Assembly (NCBI RefSeq): GCF_006345805.1
Contig: NC_042997.1
Location: 96,534,001 to 96,598,000 of the forward strand
DNA length: 64,000 nucleotides
Direction of reading: 5' to 3'
From: Octopus sinensis
Lineage: Eukaryota
The position numbers and the translations under genes are program-made. Shown here piece by piece: positions 1 through 12,927 of this stretch (positions within the stretch are counted from its first letter, which is position 1; each line of letters starts with the position of its first letter). The notes beneath the pieces were generated by a model that was not told the DNA's origin, searched no databases, and saw only the letters and a list, made by a program, of their open reading frames with translations.

Positions 1-564
1 AGCTATGTGATATTCCCTAAAATACCAACTACTTCCATAATACAGTGTGCAATCACCGAGTCAGAAAGCGTAATTCAGCTTGGTCACCTGGTCACTTTCA
101 AATTCCCTCGAACCTGTTTATTTTTGTTTATATGGAGGGTCATATCGCAGTTTTGTCATTGCTTGAATATGTCTGCAATAAGCTTATGATAGTAAAAAAC
201 ACCTTAATCGTATTAATCACAACAATCTATCCGGCACTTTTATATCCCAGCCTTTCTCTCTACAATGAATAAAACTGAAGAAGAGTAATTTCATGTAACC
301 ATATTCAATCCCATTATATTCACAGAGTTATGCCACTATTACAACAAACATCACATTCTGCAATGCATACGGTGTAATAAATTACTTAACAAAATATATG
401 AGCATATTTCCAAAGTTCAGCTATGTTTTGTATGTTCAATGGTTTTGTTAGGAAGATGCGACCGTGACATTAGTATTTTTGTGGCTCTCCGGAATATTTA
501 CACTCACTGCAGGTTATATTATTCTATACTAGATGACAGTTGGAAAAAAATCGGCAAGGATGAA

Positions 565-961
565 GGCGACGAGCTGGCAGAATAGTTAGCACGCAGGGCG
601 AAATGCGTAGCCGTATTTCGTCTGCCGCTACGTTCTGAGTTCAAATTCCGCTGAGGTCGACTTTGCCTTTCATCCTTTTCGGGTCGATAAATTAAGCACG
701 AGTTACGCACTGGGGTCGAGGTAATCGACTTAATCCGTGTGTCTGTCCTTGTTTATCCTCTCTGTGTTTAGTCCCTTGTGGGTAGTAAAGAAATAGGTAT
801 TTCGTCTGTCTTTACGTTTTGAGTTCGAATTCCGCTGAAGCCGACTTTGCCCTTCATCCTTTCGGAGTCAGTAAATTAACTACCAGTTGCGTAGTGGGTC
901 GATCTAATCGACTGCCCCCCCCCCCAATGTCGGGGTTTGTGTCTAGAGTAGAAAAGAATAT
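565..961 (+). mobile_element. tRNA-derived SINE, family A, long form with internal duplication of the B-box/body segment
   Basis: Head GGCGACGAGCTGGCAGAATAGTTAGC (A-box-like) and GAGTTCAAATTCC (B-box-like); the segment TATTTCGTCTG...GTCGA occurs twice; ends AGAGTAGAAAAGAAT; homologous copies recur at 3155, 9538, 11584, 27740, 28159, 43803. Confidence 0.85.
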
Positions 962-1989
962 AATCAAGGATGAAATTCACACACATGGACTACCAAGGGA
1001 ACTGAGTTGCCTTTATAAAGCGCAATCCCAAAATGTGGGCCATTTTAAGTAACGATATGTATAGATCTGTGAATAAAAAGGGCCTTGCATAAGAGTCTAA
1101 TGAGAACAAATAAACCCGATCATCAAAGAGAGGTGTAATTTCAGTAGAAATTATGGAGTTTGTGAGAAAACTTTTCCGAACGTCGGCGCTTTTGATGCGT
1201 TTATTCAGAAAAACAAATAAACGCATAGCAATTAAGCAATTAATTCAACGTTTGCATTTTTGTGAAAAATAAAATTGGTGGTAGCTTAGCCTAGTCCGAT
1301 AAGATTTTAAAAAATTATAGATGGCGTTAGAAGACTATTATTATGCAATGATAAATAAAGTAGCTTTTACTAAATAATGAAATATTCCGATATTTTCTCG
1401 CAAAAAACATGAGCTTCTATTTGAAACATGAAATAAGTGAAACAATTGAGGCAAAAGCATACATTACGATATAGTATAAGCAACTACGCTTATCCATATG
1501 GACATACATATATGTATATGTTTATACATCCATACATATATGTACATGCTCGTGGCAAGCACACACACACACACACACACACCACACACACACACACACA
1601 CATATATATACATATATAACACGGGTTCAGATATATATATATATTTTTTAAATAATTAAATATTCTAACATTGAAATCGACAATATATTACAATCAGTAA
1701 AAAGAAAAAAAAAAATTCTGTGAATTTATTAATATTTCTTTATTAATAAATGCATGGAATAACTCACCATATGTCGAGAAAGATAAGAAGAAAATTAATT
1801 TACCTGGGAAATTACCGACGTGTTACCTTGATATAGTAACATAGTTTGTGTTTAATATCAAAATAATACGAGATCCCGCAAATTTTCCTGCAAATTTTCT
1901 CATATATTCGGAACACAAAGTAGAATTTCGATTTTTGTGTCGTTATTACGAACGCGGGCACGCCTGTGTACTTAACAAGTTCGCTTTGC

Positions 1990-2400
1990 AGCCACGTGGA
2001 TTCAGTGACACAGCGCGTGGTACTGTCGGCAAGTGACTTCTACAATCGCCCTGGGCCGACTAGTGGCTTATGAGTGAATCTTATCGCGGTAACTGTTCAG
2101 AATACACATACATATTCGTAATTGTGGGTGCACGTGAGTGTGCCTGTGTGAGCGTGCGTGGATATTTCTTGATGTTTGTGTATGTCGCTCCCCCGCGATT
2201 GACAACCATTTTTGGGGGGGTGGGGGGTTATGTCCATGTAACTTAGCGATTCAGCACAAGACCGGTAGAGTAAATACCAGCCTGAAAAAAAACATATGTA
2301 TTGGGGTCAATTTGTTCGACTAAATCCACTGAAGCCGCTGTTCGAGTATAGTGGCAGTTCAATGACCGAAAGAGGTAAAAAAGAAAAGGAAAGATAAAAA
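1990..2400 (+). mobile_element. tRNA-derived SINE, family B, degenerate
   Basis: Diverged match to the family B copies at 12715 and 56988 (GGCAAGTGACTTCTAC...GGGCCGAC; GACAACC...GTAACTTAGCG...GGGGTCAATTTGTTCGACT). Confidence 0.65.
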
Positions 2401-3154
2401 AGATTAATTTTTCTATTTGCACCTGATAAGATTCTACCCTTTCAAAGTCTGTCAGATATTCTCGGATGGTTTAATGAAATAATGTAAATAAACAATTATG
2501 ATTTTACTGAGAATCGAAACAATTTCATGATTTCGACATACCGATCTTTTTTTTTTATACCTATCCATATTTCATTTCCATGGCGTTATGTCTCTCGCAA
2601 TTTACAAAATAAAATGTAATCTGCTGTGTTGAATGTATCACTAATGTAAACCAAGTAACTTTTAATGAGCAAATCACCCATCCATCTTCCCTCCACACTC
2701 ATTCTGGGTGGGTCGTTGGGTTAGAGTCATCAGGTACCTCCTTCATACGGTCCGATCAAAAACAACAATCATTACAATTTACAGCTGGATTTTCAACCGT
2801 GATCAAGTGAGACTATCAATATTACCCATCCGTTTCATTCTTGGTCATCTCCATTAGATCTGCCAGTTGGCCCTGGTTTTAAATAACTGCTTTCCAATTC
2901 TTTCCTGCAACATTCTAGTCATATGTTCGAGGTACGGGGACTGTGGCCATTCGATGCGGAGAAGTAATGACACACCCTGGAACAAATAATGTTCCAGATA
3001 CATTAAAATGTTGCACGCATACTGCAATTGTAGGACAAGAAATATATTTCAATTGATAATCTTTGTTTTGTTTTGTTTTTTGCCCTATCTCATGATTTTC
3101 ATGCGCGTTGTTGAAGCTGGGACTGATCGGTGAGCTTAGTTTACAAATAATTAC

Positions 3155-3371
3155 ATTGGTTTCAAATTTTGGCACAAAGCCAGCAAGTTTGTGGAAGGTG
3201 GGTAAATTGATTACGTGGCCTCTGGTGCTGAACTTGTACTTATTTTATCGACTTTGAAAGTATTTAAGGCAATGTGGACCTCGGCAGAATTTCAACTCAA
3301 AATATAAATACGGACTAAATGCTGCTAAGCATTTTGCCCGGCGTGCTAACGATTGTGCCAGCTCGCCGCCT
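3155..3371 (-). mobile_element. SINE family A, short form
   Basis: Reverse complement begins GGCGGCGAGCTGGCACAATCGTTAGCACGCCGGGCAAAATGCTTAGC. Confidence 0.8.
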
Positions 3372-3921
3372 TTTGTATATCTTTAAAGCAATACTAGCCA
3401 AATGGGCTAAGATATTACTAGACTAAAAAGTAGGAGTGCATACGCTTCAGTTGCGCTCTTCTAGGGCTATAGCTAAGGTAGTATGGGTTGAGTGTGTACG
3501 TATGTATTTCATGGGGTTCCTTCGCAGTTGCTGTCTACCAAATACACAACCTATGAAATAATGAAAACATTGTATAATAACATTTATCATATACTACTGA
3601 GTCCGAAAAAGAAACCATATATATCACATAAATTCAACCACAAATGCGAGTTATTAATCGCCGTTATGAAATTTGGTATCGGCTAAAGATGCTGTTTTAT
3701 ATTAGGAGCTGTATCTAATGGATATTATTCATTCCTTTATGTAAAAGTTCTTTGTCATTGTAATGAACACCAGACATATATAATATTTCGGAGTGTTTGT
3801 GATCTGTAATTACATTTGGTAATAATATCGTACTCATTCTATATATACAGAAGTCATAATTTGAAAGTTATTACGTATATCTGGAATTTATTGACATCAT
3901 TATATACAAATATATAGTGGG

Positions 3922-3977
3922 TATATGTATGTATGTATGTATGTATGTGTGTGTATGTATGTATGTATGTATGTATG

Positions 3978-4008
<31 letters not shown>

Positions 4009-4215
4009 GTATGTATGTATGTATGCATGCATGTATGCGTGTATGTGTGTGTGTATGTGTGTGTATTTGTATATATATACATATATTTATTTATTTATTT
4101 TTATATATCTTTTTATATATTTATATACCTTTTATATATTTATATATATTTATATCATTTTATTTTATTTTATTTTGTTTATTTATCTATATATATAATT
4201 ATTTATTTTTATAAA
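3922..4215. repeat. (TATG)n / (TG)n / AT-rich compound microsatellite
   Basis: Direct inspection; produces the YVCM-type ORFs in the track. Confidence 0.95.
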
Positions 4216-4289
4216 TAAAAAAAAATAAATTGTAAAAGTTCAAAATTTAATATATCTATGTTTATTTTTCTTTAATGTGCGCATATGTT

Positions 4290-5370
4290 TCTTTTTTGTG
4301 GAGGGGCAGATGGGACTCATTAGCCGAGGGAAAGGCTGCTCTTCTAGGAGAGGGACACTCTAACATAAAACAAGGTCATGGTAATAACAGTCCCTTTACT
4401 GGCTGCACTGTCAAACCTGTGACTGTTCATAGGGAAAGGCTGGGCTCCTGTATTGAAACGAAGCCGTGATTAGGACAACCAGTAGAGAATAAAGCTCTGA
4501 ATTCAAATTGACTTACCACTGCTGGCTTGCAGTATCGTTTTGAGGAAAAGCCTAGAAGGTATTCCGATATAAAAAAAAATAAACCTACAGTCAACTTAAT
4601 ACTAGTCATCTTGCTTTGCTTGTCACTGAAATCTACTATTTTGACCAAGAGAGTAGCAAAAGTGTGCACAAACGCTTATCACTGTAAACCAGTGAAGTAC
4701 AGATGTACCTGACAAAACACAATCATTGTGAAATCGTCGTTTTTATTGTGAGCTAAACTCTGGTAAGTGACCACAATATAAGCCAAGGAAAAGGCATAAA
4801 GACGGAAAGCTTGAAGAAACTAGATATGAACAAAAGTGATTGGGAAAATGATGTTCTAGGTCGGAACAAGTGGAGGGGTGCTATTAGGACTGGTTGTAAT
4901 ACCTGGGAGGAAAAGATGATTCAGCACTGAACTTAAAAGGACCTGTCGTAAAGGAACAATTAGAACAGTAATCAACAGTGAACATTGGGTGTGTATTATA
5001 TGTGATCGTGCTCTGTTGTCAAAAACAGGATACGTGAACCATATGAAGTCACATGAAAATCGTAATGCCCAGATAGATCTTGGACACTAACCACCTCTTA
5101 CAACATGTGTCATATGTCAAAAGACTTGTAAGATAATATGTGGACTTAAAGGACAACCTAGTTCACAAAAACATTCCTAAGGGCAAAGATATAGAAGAAA
5201 CTTGAATAGTATTTGTCACTTGTGTTTTAAACCCTGCTAGTCAGCAGCTGGTCTTAAGAGTCATTTAAGGGTTCATCAACGGAATGATTGTACTATGTGA
5301 CGGAGTGCAGTGTGTGTGTTGATGGGAGGGCTATCATCTCTCAAGATGAAGCAATCATCATGTATGTATA
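4290..5370 (+). mobile_element. RTE-clade LINE relic: C-terminal region with three C2H2 zinc fingers; 5' part possibly the element's 5' end (internally deleted)
   Basis: 4741-4930 translates to FYCELNSGK*PQYKPRKRHKD / ESLKKLDMNKSDWENDVLGRNKWRGAIRTG (RTE post-RT motif); then in one frame CIICDRALLSKTGYVNHMKSH (4992-5054), CVICQKTCKIICGLKGQ (5106-5156) and CHLCFKPC*SAAGLKSHLRVH (5214-5276). The 4290-4680 portion is tentative. Confidence 0.75.
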
Positions 5371-5891
5371 TATCTTTGTTTATATGTATGTATAGATACA
5401 TATATATATAGATATGCATATATACATGCACGCATATACCTATCTTGATATATATATATATATACATTTACATATGTATTATATGAGTATGTGTGGTTGT
5501 TGTATGTATTTTGTATGCATGTATGCATGAAACTTTATGCGCAACTGCCCAAAGCGACAATACAGAAAAATCACTATTAATAAAGTCAAAAGCATTCAGA
5601 TAGATCAACTTGCATACAAAATTCATTCTTAGTAACCAGTGCAAATTATAAATTACTACTGCCTTAACATTATTCTTTTGTATTTTGCTGTTAAGCCCTA
5701 GAATAAATGTACAGATGTTATCCAACACTGTGTGTAACAAACAAAAGCAGATCCTATATATTCTAAGTTATGGACATAAACTGAAAAAGAGGGAACGTGC
5801 GAAATAATTTTAACCCTCTGATGGCACTTCACCAGCGATGAAATATATATCCATATATGTGGATATGTGTCTTTGTGTGCATTCCGTGCGT

Positions 5892-5892
<1 letters not shown>

Positions 5893-5950
<58 letters not shown>

Positions 5951-5956
5951 TACATA

Positions 5957-5992
<36 letters not shown>

Positions 5993-5997
5993 TGCAT
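5893..5997. repeat. (CA)n-(TA)n-(TATG)n compound microsatellite
   Basis: Direct inspection. Confidence 0.95.
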
Positions 5998-7259
5998 ACA
6001 TGCCAAGGCGCACGTTTAGACATGTCTATTAAATTTTACTCAGAATTCACTTGATTTTACAGTGAGTTATGTATCTTTACAACACAGAACCAAACCTTCG
6101 TCCATTGTTCAAAGTTTTTATCATCATGCGCAGCCGCCCACCACTACGTAAACTGGTTGTTCAGTAAGGGTGAATCGGTTCCCTGTAAGGTCAAAGACAA
6201 AGTTTAATAGCCTTCAAAAGAAGTTTCATCAATATTTTGACACGTGTTGTAACAGTTAGTAATGCACCCAATATTATCAGATTTGACAATAGAAATCAGT
6301 GACAGATTTCATTTTAGTTGTTGAAGAAAATTTAAAATTGAAACGAACGTTGATGATCAAGAAAAATATTAAAAGCGAAATAGTTGAACTTCGATTATTA
6401 CCATTAAATATGCACAAATGTTGTTGAGGGCGGAATATCACCGATAAAAGAAAAATCTTGTGACTCTTCTTCATTTTTTTCTTTGTATCAAAATGTAAAT
6501 CAGAATTTGATGCAAATCCTAAGAGCTTTCATTCTACTCTCTGCTTTAGTTGCATTTTATGGCGCTGATTTTTTATGTGAAAATCAACTATATGAATATT
6601 AAGTAGAACTTCCTTTGCTACGCATACTATTCCAGCATGGTAATGCACCAAAATTTTATATCACCTTTATTTTTTATTTATGGTTTTATCGAAGGACACA
6701 AATCAACGGCTATCATCTTTTGCACGTCCTCCAGCGCTGTTAACAGTAAAGCAGAGATAAAAAATCATGAAACGTGGCCATTTGAGAGCAATTCATCAAC
6801 ACTGAAGAATTCCTGCAAGTTCATTTCTACACAATCTTGCTCGAATAGCGTGGTTCTTTACTGAAATATGGCATCAAAACTGCAGCAAATTGCTGTCGGA
6901 GTGAATGTTATAACTTCAAGTCAATGATCTGGTACAAGACTTCCATATATTTTATGTATAATGCCCGCTTATCATAAGTTGTATGGAACATTAACTGCAA
7001 GTTTAAACGCACGTGTGTGTGTGTTTGCATATCTGTATTCGAATGTATTATGTATGTATATATGTATGTATGCATCCATCAGGTCATCCCATAAATAATA
7101 TCCGAAATATCAGATACGCAACTTCTATCAAATTTTACATTATTGTAAAGTGTCAGATGGTGTTGACTGATACTCATATGAATTTGGAAACCTTTAACTT
7201 AATATAATTTCTTTTTGCAGGATATAACTGAATTAATTACGAATATTAACCCCTCAAAG

Positions 7260-7680
7260 ATGGACATGGCGAAGGCACATTAAAGTTCAAAAAGGGAAAC
7301 AGTACTGCAGAAGCAACCCGATCTGTTCATTCTGTTTACGGGGGAGATTGCCTGTACGAAAGAAGTTGCAGAAGAAGGTTTGCAAAGTTCAAAACTAGTG
7401 GTTTCAGCCTAAGAGAGAGGCCACAAATAGGACGCCCTGTTGAATATGATGATGAGCTTCTTTTGTCAGTGTTTGAGAAGGACAACGTTGCGTCAGTTGA
7501 AGAATTGGCAAACAAGCTCAATTCAAGCCATTCAACTTTTCACCGCCACCTTCTACAGATTGGAAAGAGCCCAAACTAGAAAAGTAGATTCCCAAAAATT
7601 TGACAGAAGCCAACAGAAAATCACGAGTGGACATCAACTCATCTCTTCACTCTCGTGAAAGTACCTCATCACTTTTGCTC
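7260..7680 (+). mobile_element. mariner transposase N-terminal relic
   Basis: Translates to MDMAKAH..FKKGNSTAEATRSVHSVYGGDCLYERSCRRRFAKFKTSGFSLRERPQIGRPVEYDDELLLSVFEKDNVASVEELANKLNSSHSTF (mariner bipartite HTH pattern), with frameshifts and stops. Confidence 0.85.
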
Positions 7681-7689
7681 TTGTTAAAT

Positions 7690-9240
7690 TTTTATTTTAT
7701 TTGTGTGTGTACTTTTTGGTGTTGTTCATGGACGTAGTGATAGTGATGCATTGTAGATTTAGCGTTGTTTGAGATCAAATGGTGTTCTTTTATGGTTTGT
7801 CCTTTTTGAAATTTTTTTCACCTTTTCTTGTCCCAATCATCTTCATTGAATGTTTATTTAGAATGCCCCGACTGGGAGAGGGAGAGAAAATGTTTTCTCG
7901 TGCCTACACGTCTGCTTCTATGCATTTAAGTAGAAAAGTTGAGTCAGTGGATACTGTTGGTTTGGAAAATATCAAGAGTAGCGATTATCTTTTTATTGTG
8001 ATTTGTAACCTCACTTGCTACCGTTGACAAATATGATGTTGATATATTTACTGCTCCTGTTTTTGCAGTTTCCATAGGTTCCGCTACTGTTGTTGTTATT
8101 GTAGATAATTGTCCACATATTGTCCTTGTAGCTCCTTTCTTGCCATTACCGCTACTGCTGCTGTGACTTCTGTCGTTACTGTGATGGTATCGACAACAAC
8201 GGAGCCTCTTTTTATTAGTTGTATAGATAGAAGGCTCTGAAATAGTTAAGTGTTCCACAGACGTGTCATTTCGGTCGTCTGCCATCCAAAATTACTTTGA
8301 AGCTCTACTTCACTTGGCAAGGATTTGCGATCCGGAATTCTTTCCTGGTGTTCAGGCTTTACGTGGAAAAGGACCGGCAATGTTTACTGAAACCATTTCT
8401 CCATCTTCCTTCTCTTTAACGCCATTAAAGCTTCGTTCCCCTCCAACATTACGCATGCCCATATCTTTCAGAGACCTAGCTCGAGTGGGATCTCTACATT
8501 ATAACCCTTAACGCCATTTTCATCAAATAAATGAAGAGAGTGGTGGGTTGTAGCGATTTTTTTCCTGCAATGACCGCCAAGCTGTCTTGCAAACGGTCTT
8601 TTCTACTTGAGTGTGGTAATACTACTACTGTCCTCACTGACTCTGTTGCTTCTGCTGCTGCTGCTACAGTCGCTGTGACTTTTGTCTCTGCTGTTACTGC
8701 TGCAGTTAATGCTGCTGTTGCTGAGGCTGAGGTTGTTGCACTTAATGTTTTAGAGTAGAGTCGCCCGCCCTTGGTGCCTTTGCTCTCATTGCTACTGCTG
8801 TTTTTGCTATTGTTATTTGTTGTTGTTATTGTTGCTGTAGTTTTAGGCGTTTTTGTTGTTTTACTGGTAGTCTTGTGTGCCTTTTGCTGCTATTAGTTTT
8901 TACTTTTTGATTTTTGTACTCTCATCAATGAAATCTCCACCTCCGCTTCTATGAGCAGAATACTGACCTCGCTAATATTGCAGCTGCTTCTGCTTATGTT
9001 GCTATTGTTTTTTGTCAATGATCTCGCTGTAATGTGTTGTTGTTCTTGTTATTCTCCTTGTTACTATTGTTTGTTACATCATTTGTGGAATTGTTCGGAA
9101 TTTCATGTTTGAAAGCTTGAAAAATATTCGTCTCGTCTTCCAATAGCGGGTAGAAGAACTTTGACATGCGCTGCACCTGTCTCTCTCTCTGTTACTTCTT
9201 AACTCTCTCCCCAGTTAGATGACTGCAAAAGCCGAACGCT
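7690..9240 (-). mobile_element. degenerate gag-like ORF1 of a Tx1/L1-type non-LTR element
   Basis: Low-complexity N/T/A/S-rich arms flank VILDGRRPK*HVCGTLNY, a decayed CCHC knuckle region resembling VAVEGRRAKCYLCSS*KHLKLDC at 30911-30975. Confidence 0.55.
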
Positions 9241-9461
9241 ACGTTTGTAAAGAAAATATGTTTTCCAAACAAACTTTGAAAACATTCTAAGAGATTTGAG
9301 AAACAAAGGAACAAAAGAATGAAACCACAGGATTCCCGTATGTGTCCTGCTGAGCTTAAACAAATATTTTATATCAAAACTTCGTATGTTAAAAATTTCT
9401 CACCGTAATAAAAGACGAAAACTCTTATGAGTGACTTGAAGCGTTGTGTTTGTAGCACCAG

Positions 9462-9462
<1 letters not shown>

Positions 9463-9529
<67 letters not shown>

Positions 9530-9530
9530 T
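9463..9530. repeat. (AAT)n microsatellite
   Basis: Direct inspection. Confidence 0.95.
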
Positions 9531-9537
9531 AATTTTA

Positions 9538-9744
9538 AAATCTAGGCCCGAGGCCCGAAATTTTGGGGGAGGGATCCAGTCGATTAGTTTGAGCCCCGGT
9601 GTGCAACTGGTACTTAATTTATCGACACCGAAAAGATGAGGAGCAAAGTCGACCTTAGCGGAATTTAAACTCAGAACCTAAAGACAGACGAAATACTGTT
9701 AAGCATTTCGCCCGAAGTGCTAAACCTTTCTGCCAGCTCGCTGC
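9538..9744 (-). mobile_element. SINE family A, short form, flanked by (AAT)n on both sides
   Basis: Reverse complement starts GCAGCGAGCTGGCAGAAAGGTTTAGCACTTCGGGCGAAATGCTT. Confidence 0.8.
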
Positions 9745-9745
<1 letters not shown>

Positions 9746-9817
<72 letters not shown>

Positions 9818-9876
9818 TTAATATCATTAATAATAATAATATAATAATAATAATAACAATATAATAATAATAATAA
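9746..9876. repeat. (AAT)n microsatellite
   Basis: Direct inspection. Confidence 0.95.
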
Positions 9877-10719
9877 TCTGCTCAATACCACAGATTTGCT
9901 TGTCAGTTGTTTGGCCTTAACCAGTTGAGCATGTCCCTTAGTGGCTGACAATATGTGCATCTCTGATCACGAGCAGAAGTAGTGGGGGAGCATTATGGCC
10001 ATGTGTTGAGAGGGATTCTTTGGGGTTTGAATAATTCACCTCTGGAAACATAGGTGTTTCGTTCAACATCCTAAAGCAACCCTTATTCAGGGACCTTTTG
10101 AGCAGGATGGGCTACTCAACCTGAAGAAAATTCTAACTGGGCCCCACCTGCAAGGTCATGTGCTGTTTATCTTGATATGAGATCACCATGTCGCGCACAT
10201 ATGGTTGTGATGCATGTGCCTGGTGTACCTTTATCAGACGGGTAGTCATGATGGGTATATTGGGCTTCGTATATTTTACCCCAGTGTCACTTTGATGGCA
10301 TGAACTGCTCTCTCACTCAATAATATTAATAATAAATGCCCTGATGCAGTACCAAGCAGTGGCTCTCATTCCTTCTGATCTTAACGGATTGGAAGTGGTA
10401 TCATATACATTGTTTTGTCTTGGTATAAAAGATGGGCTACAGCAAATTTTCTGCTCAATACCACAGATTTGCTTGCCAGTTGTTTGACCGTAACCAGTTG
10501 AGCATGTCCTTTAGTGGCTGACGATACGTGCATCGCTGATCACGAGCAGAAATAGTGGGGGAGCATCATAGCCGTGTATTGAGAGGAATTCTTTGGGGGT
10601 TGAATAATTCACCTCTAGAAACATGGGTGTTTTGTTCAACATTCTTAAATAACCATTATTCATGGACTTTTTGAGCGGGATGGGCTACTCGACCAGAAGA
10701 AAATTCTAACTGGGCCCCA
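9877..10719 (+). repeat. two tandem partial copies of one interspersed repeat, bounded by (AAT)n
   Basis: 9877-10146 aligns to 10450-10719 (TCTGCTCAATACCACAGATTTGCTTG...AAAATTCTAACTGGGCCCCA); copy 1 continues to an AATAAT tail near 10336; copy 2 has extra 5' sequence from 10338. Confidence 0.85.
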
Positions 10720-10854
10720 ACTTCAATAATAATAATCAAAAGAAGATGAAGAAGAAAAGAAGAAGATCAACAACAATGATGACAACAAAAACAGCAAGAA
10801 GAACAATAGATGATCAACAACAACAAGATTGTAATACAGTTAGAAATCAATGAT

Positions 10855-11000
10855 GATTTCTAATTTTGTTACAAGACTACCAATTGTCAGAGGAGTGAGG
10901 TTATTGATATCATTGTCTCCAGTACTCATCTGATTCCTAATTCTATCTACTTGTAAAGGATTGAAAGTAAAGTTGACCTCACTGGTATATAAATTGAAAA
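10855..11000 (-). mobile_element. highly degenerate SINE family A fragment
   Basis: GATTTCTAATTTTGTTACAAG...GAAAGTAAAGTTGACCTC resembles the minus-strand family A body. Confidence 0.4.
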
Positions 11001-11239
11001 GTTAAAAATCTCAAAGAAATAAGCAAAAGCAGATATTTCGACTACTGCTTCTTTTCCAGTGCAATCCAAATTACCAATGAAAGCAAATAATTTACACTGT
11101 AGTGTGTGTGTGTGCGTGTGTTGACGTTTTGCAGAATGAAACTACGATGCACGTCACAACAAAATCTTGTGTTCAGACTACCGACAAGCGATGGATTTGA
11201 AGAAAGTTACATTATTACTTAATAATTCAAACGACAAAA

Positions 11240-11497
11240 ATATTTTGTTGTGTCTGGGGAGAGTCATTTTCTTTTTGTGCCTTACAGTCACCGGCAAAAT
11301 TTCCACTTATTTCTTATTTTTATTTTCCTAAAATTTTCGTTTCATCTTGCAACCTTTACAATAGTCTGAAAAGGTTTCAAGACACAACAAAAATTATAGG
11401 AAAATAAAAATAAGAAATAAGTGGAAATTTTACTGGTGAGTGAGTTAAATAATAAGGCACAAAAATAAAATGACTCTCCCCAGACACAACAGAATAT
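11240..11497. mobile_element. foldback MITE-like element with ~100-bp terminal inverted arms
   Basis: Left ATATTTTGTTGTGTCTGGGGAGAGTCATTTTCTTTTTGTGCCTTA...AAAATTTCCACTTATTTCTTATTTTTATTTTCCTA matches the reverse complement of 11392-11497. Confidence 0.8.
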
Positions 11498-11583
11498 GCT
11501 TCAACACACAAACTCATATAAAGAATCTTGCAAACCAAATCCAAAAGCGAAATACAAATATATTTGTTAAACTTATATTCATA

Positions 11584-11765
11584 AATATTGATTTCAAATT
11601 TTGGCACAAGGCCAGCAATTTCGGGGAAGGTGCGTATGTCTACTAGATTTATCTTAGTGTTCGACTAGTACTTAGTTTATCGATACTGACGGAATTTGAA
11701 CACAGAACGTAATGATGAATGAAATTTCGCTAAGCATTTTGCCCATCATGCTAACGATTGTACCA
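11584..11765 (-). mobile_element. SINE family A, degenerate
   Basis: AATATTGATTTCAAATTTTGGCACAAGGCCAGC...GCTAAGCATTTTGCCC...TGCTAACGATT. Confidence 0.7.
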
Positions 11766-12312
11766 GTACTCCCACTCCCTACTCTGTTTCGTTCCTTCTC
11801 CCTTCTCTGCACTCCCTTTGTTTATTTCCCTCAACCTTTCTCTTGCTCCCCTACTTCCCCTCTGCCCGTTGCTCATACGTGACTACAGGTATTTCTCTCG
11901 CCACTGTGTTTTCTTGACAAGACGTTCACCCAACTGGACGTCATTTCTCTTGCCTCCCATCATGTATTCTCTTCTATTATTTTCTTCTCTGCTATTTTTG
12001 CTACTTCCTTCAAAAAATTCTCATTACTATTCGCCTTGGCCTAACGGCCCTTAATGTTTTTCTTCGTCGTTTGTTTACTTTGCACGTCCAATCTGTGGTT
12101 GTTTGTTCGTTCGAAACCTGACTCTCCACAAATTTTGTATTTCTAGAATTTTTGGAAGCTACTGTCTTATGTAGTTTCCCTATTTTGTCGTTAAAAGTAG
12201 CAAACCAGTCGATAATTGACGTGCGAGTTATCTTCTTTTGGTATTTTGTCCTGTACTCATCTCTCGCGTGTTCCCGTATTTTTCACTGATTGGTGATATT
12301 CTGTACTTAATG

Positions 12313-12346
<34 letters not shown>

Positions 12347-12517
12347 CACATATATATATATCGATAGATGCATACATACATACTTATATGCATACATACA
12401 TGCATAAATACATTTAGATATATATCTACACATATAAGTGCGTGTGTATGTTGTGTGTGTGTTTGCATACATATATACATACGTATATCTAGAGCCATCT
12501 CAGATATATAAACAGGT

Positions 12518-12585
<68 letters not shown>

Positions 12586-12714
12586 GGATAAAAAGATTTT
12601 GACTGCATTCCAGTATGTGCTTCTGTTCGTGCCTACATGCATATATAATGCTACGTTCATATAATCCTACGTATGTATTAAATCTGAGAGTATTATAAAG
12701 TAATCCACTTTCAT

Positions 12715-12854
12715 GGTGAGTAGCTTGCTTACCAACCACACGGTTCCGGCTTCAGTCCCACTATGTGGCACCTTGGGCATGTGTCTTTCACTATAGCCTC
12801 AGGCCGACCAAAGCCTTGTGAGTGAATTTGGTAGATGAAACTGAAAGAAGCCCG

Positions 12855-12927
<73 letters not shown>

